64,000 nt of DNA, taken from NCBI RefSeq assembly GCF_003334765.1, contig NZ_QOWT01000010.1; one strand, 5' to 3'. Both the position numbers and the translations under genes were made by a program. The notes under the pieces are model-generated. The model saw only the letters and a program-made list of their open reading frames with translations, had not been told where the DNA came from and did no database searches. Within the stretch, counting starts at the first letter, position 1, and the number at the start of each line of letters is the position of its first letter. The stretch is from Escherichia coli (GTDB lineage: Bacteria > Pseudomonadota > Gammaproteobacteria > Enterobacterales > Enterobacteriaceae). Positions 1 to 13,110 of this stretch are shown in pieces.

Positions 1-296
1 GGCATTTTCCAGCCGGGGCCGAGGCTCCCCACCGGCGCGGGCGTTTTTGTCCGGTAACTGCTGTAGGTGCGGGAGAGGATGAACGGCAGCGGGCCGGGCA
101 GGGCGATGTCGGTTTCACCGGGAAGGACCTTTGCACCGAGCAGGGGATTGACCGGATGGCCGGACGTCACTCCGCCGGGGCACACCGAACAGGCCACGCC
201 GGTGGGGGCACCAATACGTACCCCGGCTGAACCCTGAACAATGCTACCGCCATACTGCGTCATGTCACCCTGACGCGCCGCCGGTTTTCCGCTCAT
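1..296 (-). CDS. rhsB: Rhs-family protein, N-terminal fragment (gene runs off the left edge)
   Basis: Reverse-complement translation from ATG at 296 gives MSGKPAARQGDMTQYGGSIVQGSAGVRIGAPTGVACSVCPGG...LPFILSRTYSSYRTKTPAPVGSLGPGWKM, the conserved Rhs N-terminus; position next to nikR matches rhsB in K-12. Not in the ORF track because it is truncated. Confidence 0.8.
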   Translation of the reverse strand, partial: MSGKPAARQGDMTQYGGSIVQGSAGVRIGAPTGVACSVCPGGVTSGHPVNPLLGAKVLPGETDIALPGPLPFILSRTYSSYRTKTPAPVGSLGPGWKM

Positions 297-498
297 CGTA
301 AAATCCTTTTCTATTATTTTAATGACAGTATCTTCATACGAAAAAGCGAAGAAAAACTTGTGGTCACAATGAATTGAAGATTTTTAGGAATATATTTAGA
401 ACGTTACAAAAGAGAAGGTTCGGATAGGGTATTTAGAGAGGAATCAGGTGTGCTAGTGGCCCTTTGTTGATCGTTCACCAAAGGACCCAATAATAGAC

Positions 499-3302
<2,804 letters not shown>

Positions 3303-3306
<4 letters not shown>

Positions 3307-4247
3307 GCGTGCGCTCCTTCATGACGACGAATGCGCGGGTCCAGCGCGGCGTTGAGCAAATCGACAATCAAATTACAGACCACAAAAACCACCACCATCA
3401 TCAGCGTAAAGCACTGGATCACCGGATAGTCACGGTTAAAAATCGCCGACACCGCATAGCGCCCGACGCCCGGCCAGGCAAAGATGTTTTCGATAATCAT
3501 CGTCCCGCCAATCAGTTCGCCGATATGCATCCCCACGGCGGTGATCATCGGCAGCGAGGCATTGCGCAGGATGTGGCGACGTTCGGTCTGTTTGTCGTTC
3601 AGGCCGCGCAGACGCGCCCAGGTGACGTGACGCTGACCGGCGACGTCCAGCATACTGGCGCGCAGTAAACGCGCGTTAATCGCCAGCGACATAAAGGCAA
3701 TGGAAACCGCAGGCAAAATGATGTGCTGCCAGCCGCCGTAACCCATCGCGGGTAGCCATTGCAGATACACCGAAAACGCCATCACCAGTAAAAACGCCAG
3801 CCAGAAGTTAGGCATCGACACGCCAAGAAACGCGATGAAACGTACGGCGAAATCCGGCAGACGGTCGCGATGGCGCGCCGCCCAGATACCGAGCGGTACG
3901 GAAGTGAGCAGAATTAATACCAGCGCCGCACCTGCAAGTTCCAGCGTGGCGGGCAGGAAGTTCAGCATATCGTCCAGTACCGGGCGTTGGCTGGCGAATG
4001 AGATACCAAAGTCAAGATGCAGCGCCTTCCACAACCAGGTGCCGTACTGGACGTACAGCGGCTGATCCAGTCCCAGCATGGTGCGGGTAGAGGCCAGCAT
4101 CTCCGGCGTCGGCGGCAGGTTAGACAGACGCAAATAATCGAGCGCCGGGTCGCCGGTACCGAGGCGCAGCATCAGAAAAATGATCACCGAGGCGGCGAGC
4201 ACCATCGGGATCAGCAGCAGAAAGCGGCGTAATACGTAACGCAACAT
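3303..4247 (-). CDS. nikB: Nickel ABC transporter permease
   Basis: 314 aa permease of the DppB/OppB type; 4-bp overlap with nikC. Confidence 0.92.
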
Positions 4248-5821
4248 TAAGGTTTCACCGGTTTAATCTGTTCGAACGGAATTTCGGTGGCGATCGGCGC
4301 GTAGGGGATGTTACCCAGCTCCGGTTTTGATACCACCATCATTGAGATGTAACTGATAGGCAGATAAACCGCCTCGTCATGCAGACGGGTCAGAATGTCG
4401 CGATACAGCGCCTGACGTTGCGTTTCGTCATGGGTCGCCAGCACTTCGCCGATCTCTTTATCAATCAGCGGTTTGTCGGCTAATCCTTGCTGTGCCTGGA
4501 AGTCAGCGTGTGACGGTACGCGCATTGAACTGAGGAAGGCGTGTGGATCATATGGCGCGCCCCAGGTGCGGTGGAAAATCATGCCAAAACGACCGTCGCG
4601 CTGACGAGCATAGATACTGCTCTCTTCTTCGCCAATCAGCGAGACATCTGCGCCAATCTGGCGCATATCAGCCTGAATGATTTCCGCCATCGATTTGCTT
4701 AACGCATCGGTGCCGATGAACGAAAGTTCAATGCGCAGCGGCTGACCATTTTTCTCGCGGATGTCTTTGCCCGCAGGCAGCGTCCAACCGGCTTTTTCCA
4801 GCAACGCTTTCGCTTTTTGCGGATCGTACTGGCTCGGTTTCAGGCCGAGGTTGGCGTAGGGCACAGAAGGGGCAAACAGGGTGTCGGCGACCTGCTGGGT
4901 GCCATACAACGCGTTATCAATCAGCGATTTTTTGTTTACCGCGTAATTAAGAGCTTCACGTACTGCCAGCTCGTTGGTGGGGGCTTTGGCGGTATTGAGC
5001 GCCAGCATCACGGTTTCGATCGGCTGTGACAGTTGGGTGTGGTAAGCCGGATTCTGGCTAAAGCGGGCGAAGGTATCGAGCGGTAATAACCCTTCGTTTC
5101 CGTACAGCAGGTCGATATCGCCAGTTTCAAACGCCACCGCGCGGGTAGTCGGGTCCGGGATGACGTTAAAGGTGATCTTTTTAATCGCTGGCTTTTCGCC
5201 CCAGTAGTTTTCGTTACGGACGAAGACATCGTACTGATTCAGTTTCGATTCCTGCAAAATCCACGGTCCGGTGCCAATCGGCGCTTTAATTCCGTTCATG
5301 GTTTCATGGTTTTTAAACTGCGAGGGAGCGATAAAACGGAAAGGACGGGGCAGGGCCAGTTCTTGCAGGAAAGGATAGTAGGCGCTTTTCAGGGTAATTT
5401 GCAGCTCTGTTTTACTGAGTGCTTTAACATCAACAATCTGGTTTGCCAGCTCCAGCCAGGCGTGACGTTGACGGTTATCGAGCACTGCGCGGAAGTTTTC
5501 TGCCGCCGCCTCGGCATCGAACGGTTCACCGTTGGAGAATTTCACGTCATCACGCAGGGTGAAGGTCCAGGTTTTACCATCTTCTGAATGAGTCCAGCTT
5601 TTTGCCAGCCACGGGATCACCGAACCGTCTGCCTGATATTTCACCAATGGTTCATAAACCATGCTCTGGGCGAACATCTGGTTAGGCGTGTAAAGGTGCG
5701 GGTTTAGTGGCCCGACATTCACCGGCCAGGCGGTGGTGATTTCATCTGGTGCAGCGGCATGGACGATAAAAGACGCACAAGCCAGCAGCGCAAATAGAGT
5801 GCGGCGGAGTGTGGAGAGCAT
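4247..5821 (-). CDS. nikA: Periplasmic nickel-binding protein
   Basis: 524 aa with N-terminal signal peptide ([25 protein letters not shown]); family-5 solute-binding protein; first gene of the operon. Confidence 0.93.
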
Positions 5822-5858
5822 GGTAACCCCAATGGATTAAAATAGATGGCGGAAATAA

Positions 5859-5886
5859 GTATGACGATTTTAAGTATTCGTCATAC
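5859..5886. promoter_or_regulatory. NikR operator dyad in the nikA promoter region
   Basis: Perfect GTATGA-N16-TCATAC dyad seen at 5859-5886, 38-65 bp upstream of the nikA start; matches the known NikR operator architecture. Confidence 0.8.
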
Positions 5887-5931
5887 TGATTACCTGTTCT
5901 GGATCAATAGATGGGCAGTCGGGTGGGCGGA

Positions 5932-6519
5932 TCAGTTAACTGAATCGATCCATTGCACACTGTCGGCGGTGAGCGTAAAGGGAGTAGGGGTGCAGATCGC
6001 AAGGCTTAAATTTTCAAGCTGACAATGGCTGACTGACAGCGAGGAGTGATAGGTGCTGTCTACGCTGACGATTTGCCAGGCGCTGCCGCCACGCTGTTTA
6101 ACGATGGCTTCTTTGCGCGTCCAGATGCGCCAGAACATTTCCAGTTGCTGATCAGGATGCACGGCGTCCATCTCAGCGTGTTCCCCGAGGCTGAATACGG
6201 CGTTCGCCAGCCAGCGCCAGTTGGCGCGCGGGCGAATCACTTCGATATCGCAGCCGACTTCGCCTTCATCACTCAACAGCAGGGCGATATCGTCACCGCT
6301 ATGGCTTAAGTTGAACCATAGCGGCATTTCCGGCGCAAATGCAGGTTTGCCTTGTTCGCCATAGATGATCTCCGGTAGCGGGGAAAGCGTGTGCGAAAGC
6401 AATGCACGCCCCGCCAGCCAGCGTTCGCGTCGTGGACCTTGCGGTGCTTGCTCGCGTAAACCCGGTGGCAGTGGAGCTGCGCTTAAGGTCGAAACTTTCC
6501 CCAGAACTATCCGATACAT
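5932..6519 (-). CDS. acpT: Holo-ACP synthase (4'-phosphopantetheinyl transferase)
   Basis: 195-aa ORF recognised as AcpT; position between nikA and yhhT as in K-12. Confidence 0.85.
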   Translation of the reverse strand: MYRIVLGKVSTLSAAPLPPGLREQAPQGPRRERWLAGRALLSHTLSPLPEIIYGEQGKPAFAPEMPLWFNLSHSGDDIALLLSDEGEVGCDIEVIRPRANWRWLANAVFSLGEHAEMDAVHPDQQLEMFWRIWTRKEAIVKQRGGSAWQIVSVDSTYHSSLSVSHCQLENLSLAICTPTPFTLTADSVQWIDSVN

Positions 6520-6573
6520 ATCAGGGCCAACGTTTAATGGAAAATGAAAGTGCGTATCGTATCACTTGTCGCC

Positions 6574-7623
6574 TCATCCCGGTAACCGACTTTTCGGTCT
6601 GCCCGGCCCCAGTAAAATCGCCAGTTTGCTACCGCCTTTGGTGGTTTCCATCCAGATTTTACACACGCTGGTTAATGGCACCGAAAGTAGCATCCCTACC
6701 GGGCCGAGCAGCCATCCCCAAATTAACAATGAAAGAAATACCACCATGGTGGACATCCCCAGGCGATGGCCCATCATCCGTGGTTCTAAAATATTGCCGA
6801 TGACCATATGGACCACTAAAAACAATGCGCCGACCAGAATACATTCGTAAACACCATTAAACAGCAGCACCTGAATCATTGGCGGTACGGCGGAAATTAC
6901 CGCGCCGATATTGGGCACGTAGTTGAGCAAAAACGCCAGTACTGCCCACATCAGCGCAAACTGCACCCCCATCAGCTCCAGCCCCAGCCAGACGATGACA
7001 CCTGTCCATAAACTGAGTAGCGTCTTCAATGCAAGATAGTGCGAAACGCCTTTAAGTGCGCGGTGTAATCCCGCGATGTGAATCTGTGGATTATTCAGCG
7101 CAAAACGCATTTTGTAAGGGACGTGGCGCACTTCAAACAGCATAAAAACTACGGTCATCACCAGCAAAAGCACGCTCGCCATTGCCCCGGAAAGCCCGGT
7201 CATTAGCGCTGTGGTGAAGGTAACCACTTTTTCCGAGTCCATCCGCTGCAGCATTCGCTCCGGCGACATATGCAAATTAAGAAAAGGCAACATCTCCTGC
7301 AATTTAAAAAGTTTGCGCGTCAGCTCCTTATTAAACTTCGGCAGCATAGAGATAAATTCGTTAAACGATGCCGCCAGTACGCCGACCAGCGCGGTTAGTG
7401 CGATCAGCATCACCACCACTACAATCGTAATGGCAACGGGGCGTTGTACTCCCCGACGAATAAACCAGGTGACGAGCGGGTTGAGGACGATGGCAAAAAA
7501 CAGCGCCAGTAACAGCTGCACAATGATATCTGCCGCTGCGTGAATGCCCGCGAGGATCACTACCAGCGAGGCCAGCTTGAGCAGAATGTGCATGCCCGTT
7601 TTATCGGGTTGAGGGGTTTCCAT
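6574..7623 (-). CDS. yhhT: AI-2E/PerM-family inner-membrane transporter
   Basis: ORF track gives 376 aa; start placed at internal Met (METPQPDKTGMHILL..., 349 aa) to match the recognised YhhT. Confidence 0.85.
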   Translation of the reverse strand: METPQPDKTGMHILLKLASLVVILAGIHAAADIIVQLLLALFFAIVLNPLVTWFIRRGVQRPVAITIVVVVMLIALTALVGVLAASFNEFISMLPKFNKELTRKLFKLQEMLPFLNLHMSPERMLQRMDSEKVVTFTTALMTGLSGAMASVLLLVMTVVFMLFEVRHVPYKMRFALNNPQIHIAGLHRALKGVSHYLALKTLLSLWTGVIVWLGLELMGVQFALMWAVLAFLLNYVPNIGAVISAVPPMIQVLLFNGVYECILVGALFLVVHMVIGNILEPRMMGHRLGMSTMVVFLSLLIWGWLLGPVGMLLSVPLTSVCKIWMETTKGGSKLAILLGPGRPKSRLPG

Positions 7624-7754
7624 TGGGGCTTCCTTGTGACTTTTTGTATTAAGTGTAGCGGGAGTCACGCCAGCAATATTCTGATTCTTACTGCTGATTT
7701 TCACGTCAGCACGTGGTAAAAATGAAACACTGTTGTAAAAATGTGGTGATCCTC

Positions 7755-8972
7755 ATGCCCGAACCCGTAGCCGAACCCGCGCTAAACGGATTGCGCCTGA
7801 ATTTGCGCATTGTCTCTATAGTCATGTTTAACTTCGCCAGCTACCTCACCATCGGGTTGCCGCTCGCTGTATTACCGGGCTATGTCCATGATGTGATGGG
7901 CTTTAGCGCCTTCTGGGCAGGATTGGTTATCAGCCTGCAATATTTCGCCACCTTGCTGAGCCGCCCTCATGCCGGACGTTACGCCGATTCGCTGGGACCC
8001 AAAAAGATTGTCGTCTTCGGTTTATGCGGCTGCTTTTTGAGCGGTCTGGGGTATCTGACGGCAGGATTAACCGCCAGTCTGCCTGTCATCAGCCTGTTAT
8101 TACTTTGCCTGGGGCGCGTCATCCTTGGGATTGGGCAAAGTTTTGCCGGAACGGGATCGACCCTATGGGGCGTTGGCGTGGTTGGCTCGCTGCATATCGG
8201 GCGGGTGATTTCGTGGAACGGCATTGTCACTTACGGGGCGATGGCGATGGGTGCGCCGTTAGGCGTCGTGTTTTATCACTGGGGCGGCTTGCAGGCGTTA
8301 GCGTTAATCATTATGGGCGTGGCGCTGGTGGCCATTTTGTTGGCGATCCCGCGTCCGACGGTAAAAGCCAGTAAAGGCAAACCGCTGCCGTTTCGCGCGG
8401 TGCTTGGGCGCGTCTGGCTGTACGGTATGGCGCTGGCACTGGCTTCCGCCGGATTTGGCGTCATCGCCACCTTTATCACGCTGTTTTATGACGCTAAAGG
8501 TTGGGACGGTGCGGCTTTCGCGCTGACGCTGTTTAGCTGTGCGTTTGTCGGTACGCGTTTGTTATTCCCTAACGGCATTAACCGTATCGGTGGCTTAAAC
8601 GTAGCGATGATTTGCTTTAGCGTTGAGATAATCGGCCTGCTACTGGTTGGCGTGGCGACTATGCCGTGGATGGCGAAAATCGGCGTCTTACTGGCGGGGG
8701 CCGGGTTTTCGCTGGTGTTCCCGGCATTGGGTGTAGTGGCGGTAAAAGCGGTTCCGCAGCAAAATCAGGGGGCGGCGCTGGCAACTTACACCGTATTTAT
8801 GGATTTATCGCTTGGCGTGACTGGACCACTGGCTGGGCTGGTGATGAGCTGGGCGGGCGTACCGGTGATTTATCTGGCGGCGGCGGGACTGGTCGCAATC
8901 GCGTTATTACTGACGTGGCGATTAAAAAAACGGCCTCCGGAACACGTCCCTGAGGCCGCCTCATCATCTTAA
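7755..8972 (+). CDS. yhhS: MFS transporter
   Basis: ORF track gives 419 aa; start placed at MPEPVAEPALNG (405 aa); 12-TM hydrophobic profile. Confidence 0.85.
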   Translation: MPEPVAEPALNGLRLNLRIVSIVMFNFASYLTIGLPLAVLPGYVHDVMGFSAFWAGLVISLQYFATLLSRPHAGRYADSLGPKKIVVFGLCGCFLSGLGYLTAGLTASLPVISLLLLCLGRVILGIGQSFAGTGSTLWGVGVVGSLHIGRVISWNGIVTYGAMAMGAPLGVVFYHWGGLQALALIIMGVALVAILLAIPRPTVKASKGKPLPFRAVLGRVWLYGMALALASAGFGVIATFITLFYDAKGWDGAAFALTLFSCAFVGTRLLFPNGINRIGGLNVAMICFSVEIIGLLLVGVATMPWMAKIGVLLAGAGFSLVFPALGVVAVKAVPQQNQGAALATYTVFMDLSLGVTGPLAGLVMSWAGVPVIYLAAAGLVAIALLLTWRLKKRPPEHVPEAASSS

Positions 8973-8975
8973 AAC

Positions 8976-9533
8976 TTACTGAATAACCAGCGTATTAATG
9001 ATGTTTTCTGCGGTGGTCTGCGCTTTTTGCTGATCGTCAGCGGGCAGCGTAATTTGCATGGTCAGCAGTTGATTACCCACGTTACCCAGAATAACGGAAG
9101 AGTACGCCGTCTGGCCTTTCGCGGAGATAATACTGTCTAACTGCTGCATTTTGTGACCTTTCAGCTCAATGGCTTTATTGGTTACCACTTGCAGCTGCGG
9201 ATCGCGGCTACGTTGCTGATCTTCCAGACGCTTCGCCAGCACCGCCAGATCTTCTTTCGGATCATCGCCCATGATGACGATGACTGCTTTCTGCCCGGTG
9301 GCGTCGGACCAGACATGCATGTTATTGGCCTGCGTTCCCAGCTTACCGCTCTGGTCGGTCATATCCGCTGGCAGCGAGAAACTTAACTTGCCATCAAGCA
9401 GGTTGACGGGATTCCCGGTAGCGTTACTTTCCGCGACCGAACCCTGCGCCGTAGCGTTAGTGTCTTTATCATCACAGGCCGCAAGCCCCATAACCAGCAG
9501 GCCAATTCCGACATATTTAACCAGATTGCGCAT
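8976..9533 (-). CDS. dcrB: Periplasmic lipoprotein DcrB
   Basis: Start placed at [20 protein letters not shown] (lipobox LAAC); 185 aa; ORF-track N-terminal extension judged spurious. Confidence 0.85.
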
Positions 9534-9605
9534 TGACTTCTTCCTTTCGATAAACGGCCATAACGGCTCATTCATCCATCTTATCACAACTCTGATAACG
9601 AACCT

Positions 9606-10271
9606 TTAACTCGCCTGCAAAGCGTTGATTTCGGATTTATCTGCCAGTCTTTTCAACAGCATATTGAGTAATACGCCATACATTGGCAGGAAGAAAACGA
9701 TACTGATTAACACTTTGAAACAGTAATCGACCAGCGCGATTTCCATCCAGTGTTCAGCCATAAAGGCATCCGGGCTACGCCAGAAGGCAATGAAGAAAAA
9801 GGCCAGCGTGTCGCTGACGTTACCGAACAGTGTGGACGCTGTCGGTGCCAGCCACCAGCGGCGACTCTGACGCAGGCGGTTAAAAACGTGCACGTCGAGG
9901 ATTTGCCCCAGCGCGTAGGCCATGAAACTGGCGGTGGCGATACGGGCGACAAACAGGTTGAAGTGGGCGAGTGCGCCGAATCCCTGCCAGGAACCCATAT
10001 AGAATAGCGACGAGATGACGTAGGAGATTAATAACGCAGGGATCATTACCGCGAAGATAATGCGTCGGGCCAGCGGTGCGCCAAAAATACGCACGGTCAG
10101 GTCGGTAGCAAGAAAAATAAACGGAAAGCTAAACGCGCCCCAGGTGGTATGGAAACCCAAAATGGAGACGGGAAGCTGAACCAGATAGTTACTGGAGGTG
10201 ATCACCAGCAGATGAAATAACGATAACCAGAACAACGCCTTATAGCGTTGAGTTTGCGAGAAAACGTTCAT
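9606..10271 (-). CDS. yhhQ: Queuosine-precursor transporter (YhhQ/DUF165)
   Basis: 221-aa polytopic membrane protein recognised as YhhQ. Confidence 0.85.
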   Translation of the reverse strand: MNVFSQTQRYKALFWLSLFHLLVITSSNYLVQLPVSILGFHTTWGAFSFPFIFLATDLTVRIFGAPLARRIIFAVMIPALLISYVISSLFYMGSWQGFGALAHFNLFVARIATASFMAYALGQILDVHVFNRLRQSRRWWLAPTASTLFGNVSDTLAFFFIAFWRSPDAFMAEHWMEIALVDYCFKVLISIVFFLPMYGVLLNMLLKRLADKSEINALQAS

Positions 10272-10491
10272 ATTGTACCTTTTTGATTAACCATTGGGGT
10301 GAGGGAACCCAATACGTACGACACGTCTGTTACCTTAACATAATAACGTGCTTACCCTTTTTTCGAGCCGCCGCATGATACTGCTTTACGTTGACAATGC
10401 AATGGTTAATTTTCACGCAATCGTTAACCTAGTTTGCTTACGGACTCACAGGGCGTAAACTAGCGCCGTTTTTTTAAGTGATGAGAAGAAA

Positions 10492-10737
10492 ATGACCGAT
10501 CTCTTTTCCAGCCCTGACCACACACTCGACGCGCTTGGCCTGCGCTGCCCGGAACCGGTGATGATGGTGCGCAAAACCGTGCGCAATATGCAGCCTGGCG
10601 AAACGTTGCTGATTATCGCCGACGATCCGGCCACTACCCGCGATATTCCTGGGTTTTGTACCTTTATGGAACACGAACTGGTTGCTAAAGAGACGGATGG
10701 ACTGCCTTATCGTTATTTGATTCGTAAAGGCGGTTGA
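10492..10737 (+). CDS. tusA: Sulfur carrier protein TusA
   Basis: 81 aa with the conserved CPxP motif (LRCPEPVM). Confidence 0.93.
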
Positions 10738-10764
10738 TAGGGGCTGATTGGCTTCGATGCCGCC

Positions 10765-10812
10765 TTTTCCCCTCACCCTAACCCTCTCCCCAGAGGGGCG
10801 AGGGGACCGATC
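10765..10812. repeat. boxC-like GC-rich intergenic repeat
   Basis: Sequence ttttcccctcaccctaaccctctccccagaggggcgaggggaccga between convergent tusA and zntA resembles the E. coli boxC family; followed by hairpin CCGATCGC-N10-GCGATCGG (10806-10831). Confidence 0.55.
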
Positions 10813-10838
10813 GCGCTCAATGTTGCGATCGGTTTGCC

Positions 10839-13037
10839 TTATCTCCTGCGCAACAATCTTAACGCATTCGCTGTCACCAGCACCGTCGCCCCCGTATCTG
10901 CCAGCACTGCCAGCCACAACCCGGTCATCCCTAACAGCGTGGTGACGAGGAAGATCCCTTTCAGCCCCAGCGCAATAGTGATGTTCTGGCGGATATTGGC
11001 GTGAGTGGCGCGTGCCAGTTCAATCATTTGCACCAGGCCGCGCAGGTGGTTATGGGTTAATGCTGCGTCGGCGGTTTCCAGCGCCACGTCTGTGCCGCTA
11101 CCCATTGCAATCCCGATGGCGGCAGCTTTCATCGCTGGCGCGTCGTTAATACCGTCACCGACCATCGCCAGCGGCGCATGTTGATTCAGCCCGGTCACCG
11201 CTTTGACTTTATCTTCCGGCAACAGGCCCGCTTTAAACTCCAGCCCCAGCTCCCCGGCAATTGCCGCCGCTGCGCGTGGATTATCGCCGGTGAGGATCAC
11301 CCCTTTGACGCCCAGCGCGTTCAGTTCACTGATGGCAGTTGCAGCATCGGCGCGCAGGGTATCCTGTAACGCAATGACACCAAGCACGTCATCGTTACGT
11401 ACTACCAGCACTACCGTTTGCCCGGCGCTTTCCAGTTCGTTAATTAAACCAGTAAATGCATCAGCGGGATGTTTCCCGGCAGCGCAAATCAATACGCGCT
11501 CACCGTTAACCTGCGCTTCAATGCCAGACCCGACCAGCGCCCGCTGTGATTCGGCGGTGGGAATGGCGAGTTCAGCAACCTGTGCTTCGCGTACGATGGC
11601 TTGCGCCAGTGGATGCGTCGCGCCTTGCTCGACCGCCGCCGCCAGTGTCAGCAGTTCAGATTCACTAATACCCGTTGCCGGATGAATCGCGGTAACGCGC
11701 GGTTTACCGACGGTCAGCGTACCGGTTTTATCAAACGCCACCTGAGTAACACGACCCAGCTGTTCCAGCGCCGCTCCGCCTTTAATCAACGCCCCACGAC
11801 GCGCTGCCGCCGCCAGCCCGGAGGTAATCGCCGCAGGCGTTGAGATAACTAACGCACACGGGCAGCCAATCAGCAGCAGCGTCAGCCCTTTATAAATCCA
11901 CTCCTGCCAGCTGGCGGCAAACAGCAGCGGTGGCACCAGCGTCACCAGCAGAGCGACGGCCATAATCGCGGGCGTATAGATACGGCTGAAACGGTCGATA
12001 AACCGCTCAATGGGAGCGCGACGCTCTTCGGCTTCTTCGATCAGTTTCAGAATCCGGTCAATGGCGCTGGCTCCCGGTTCTGACAGCACTTCCAACGTCA
12101 CCAGACGGTCTACGCTGGTGGCACCAGCAGGGACTTTATCGCCCGTTGCGCGCTCCACCGGAATGGATTCGCCGGTCAGGGCGCTTTCATCAAAACTGGC
12201 AAACGGTGAGAGCAGTTTACCGTCGGCAGGCAAACGCCCACCTGCGGCGACTTCAATCACATCGCCAGGGCGCAGGCTGTTAATCGCCACCTCTTCCCGC
12301 TCACCCTTACGCAGGCGCGTGGCGGTTTCTGGTTTCAGCGCCATTAACGCGCTAACGCCCTGACGCGCGCGGCTGGCGGCCCAGCCTTCCAGTCGTTCAC
12401 CAATCAAAAACAGCAGCAACACCATCGCAGCTTCAGCCGTTGCGCCAATAAACAGTGCACCAATAGCGGCTACGCTCATTAAGGTTTCAATGGCGAAGTA
12501 GCTGCCGGATTTGATCAACCGTAATGCCTGACGAGCAATCGGGTACAGCCCAACCAGCGTGGTCGCGATAAACGCCAGTTGCCCGAACGGATGATTGAAC
12601 TGCTCCAGACCCCAGCTGATTGCCATCATCACGATTAGCGTAATCAGCGGCAGATTCTCTTTCAGGCGTGATGCTTGCGGTTCTTCGGCGGCCTGTTCAT
12701 CGCGCAGGGAATAGCCTGCTTTTTGCAGCGCAGATTCAACTTGTGCACGAATGTCATTGTCGGCATCGACCACCAGTTTTTCGGTGGCGAACAACACCTG
12801 CACCTGATTCACGCCTGCAAGCTGGCGCACGGCATTTTCTACCTTGCGCGCACAGGCGGCGCAGTCCATGCCGCTGACTTTCCAGCTATAGCGGGTGCCG
12901 GAGACGTTTTCAGAGAGAGTTGGCGTGCTGGAACATGCGCCGTCGCAGCAACAGTCGTTGGCGTTCTGTACCGTGGTTAGCGGTTTGAACGCAGCAAATT
13001 GAGGGGCTTTCTTGCCGTGATTGTCAGGAGTCGACAT
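10839..13037 (-). CDS. zntA: Zn/Cd/Pb-exporting P1B-type ATPase
   Basis: 732 aa; N-terminal metal-binding GMDCAAC, CPC in the transmembrane region, DKTGTLT phosphorylation motif. Confidence 0.95.
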   Translation of the reverse strand: MSTPDNHGKKAPQFAAFKPLTTVQNANDCCCDGACSSTPTLSENVSGTRYSWKVSGMDCAACARKVENAVRQLAGVNQVQVLFATEKLVVDADNDIRAQVESALQKAGYSLRDEQAAEEPQASRLKENLPLITLIVMMAISWGLEQFNHPFGQLAFIATTLVGLYPIARQALRLIKSGSYFAIETLMSVAAIGALFIGATAEAAMVLLLFLIGERLEGWAASRARQGVSALMALKPETATRLRKGEREEVAINSLRPGDVIEVAAGGRLPADGKLLSPFASFDESALTGESIPVERATGDKVPAGATSVDRLVTLEVLSEPGASAIDRILKLIEEAEERRAPIERFIDRFSRIYTPAIMAVALLVTLVPPLLFAASWQEWIYKGLTLLLIGCPCALVISTPAAITSGLAAAARRGALIKGGAALEQLGRVTQVAFDKTGTLTVGKPRVTAIHPATGISESELLTLAAAVEQGATHPLAQAIVREAQVAELAIPTAESQRALVGSGIEAQVNGERVLICAAGKHPADAFTGLINELESAGQTVVLVVRNDDVLGVIALQDTLRADAATAISELNALGVKGVILTGDNPRAAAAIAGELGLEFKAGLLPEDKVKAVTGLNQHAPLAMVGDGINDAPAMKAAAIGIAMGSGTDVALETADAALTHNHLRGLVQMIELARATHANIRQNITIALGLKGIFLVTTLLGMTGLWLAVLADTGATVLVTANALRLLRRR

Positions 13038-13079
13038 GGCATCCTCCGGTTAAGTTTTTTCTCATTAACCGAAGGATAC

Positions 13080-13101
13080 ACTCTGGAGTCGACTCCAGAG
13101 T
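13080..13101. promoter_or_regulatory. ZntR (MerR-family) operator dyad in the zntA promoter
   Basis: Perfect 22-bp palindrome ACTCTGGAGTCGACTCCAGAGT seen 43-64 bp upstream of the zntA start. Confidence 0.75.
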
Positions 13102-13110
13102 CAAGTTTTA

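Noticed and set aside
6574-7704. ORF-track N-terminal extensions (yhhT, yhhS, dcrB, yhhL, ftsX, livJ, livK, livF, ugpC, ggt, yhhY, asd, glgC, glpD, glpE)
   Set aside because: The track reports the longest frame; I trimmed each to the internal start that matches the recognised protein N-terminus, signal peptide or operon overlap.
11203-12363. Several 60-160-aa ORFs antisense to or out of frame with zntA
   Set aside because: Ser/Ala/Arg-rich low-complexity translations within a conserved P-type ATPase gene; chance ORFs.
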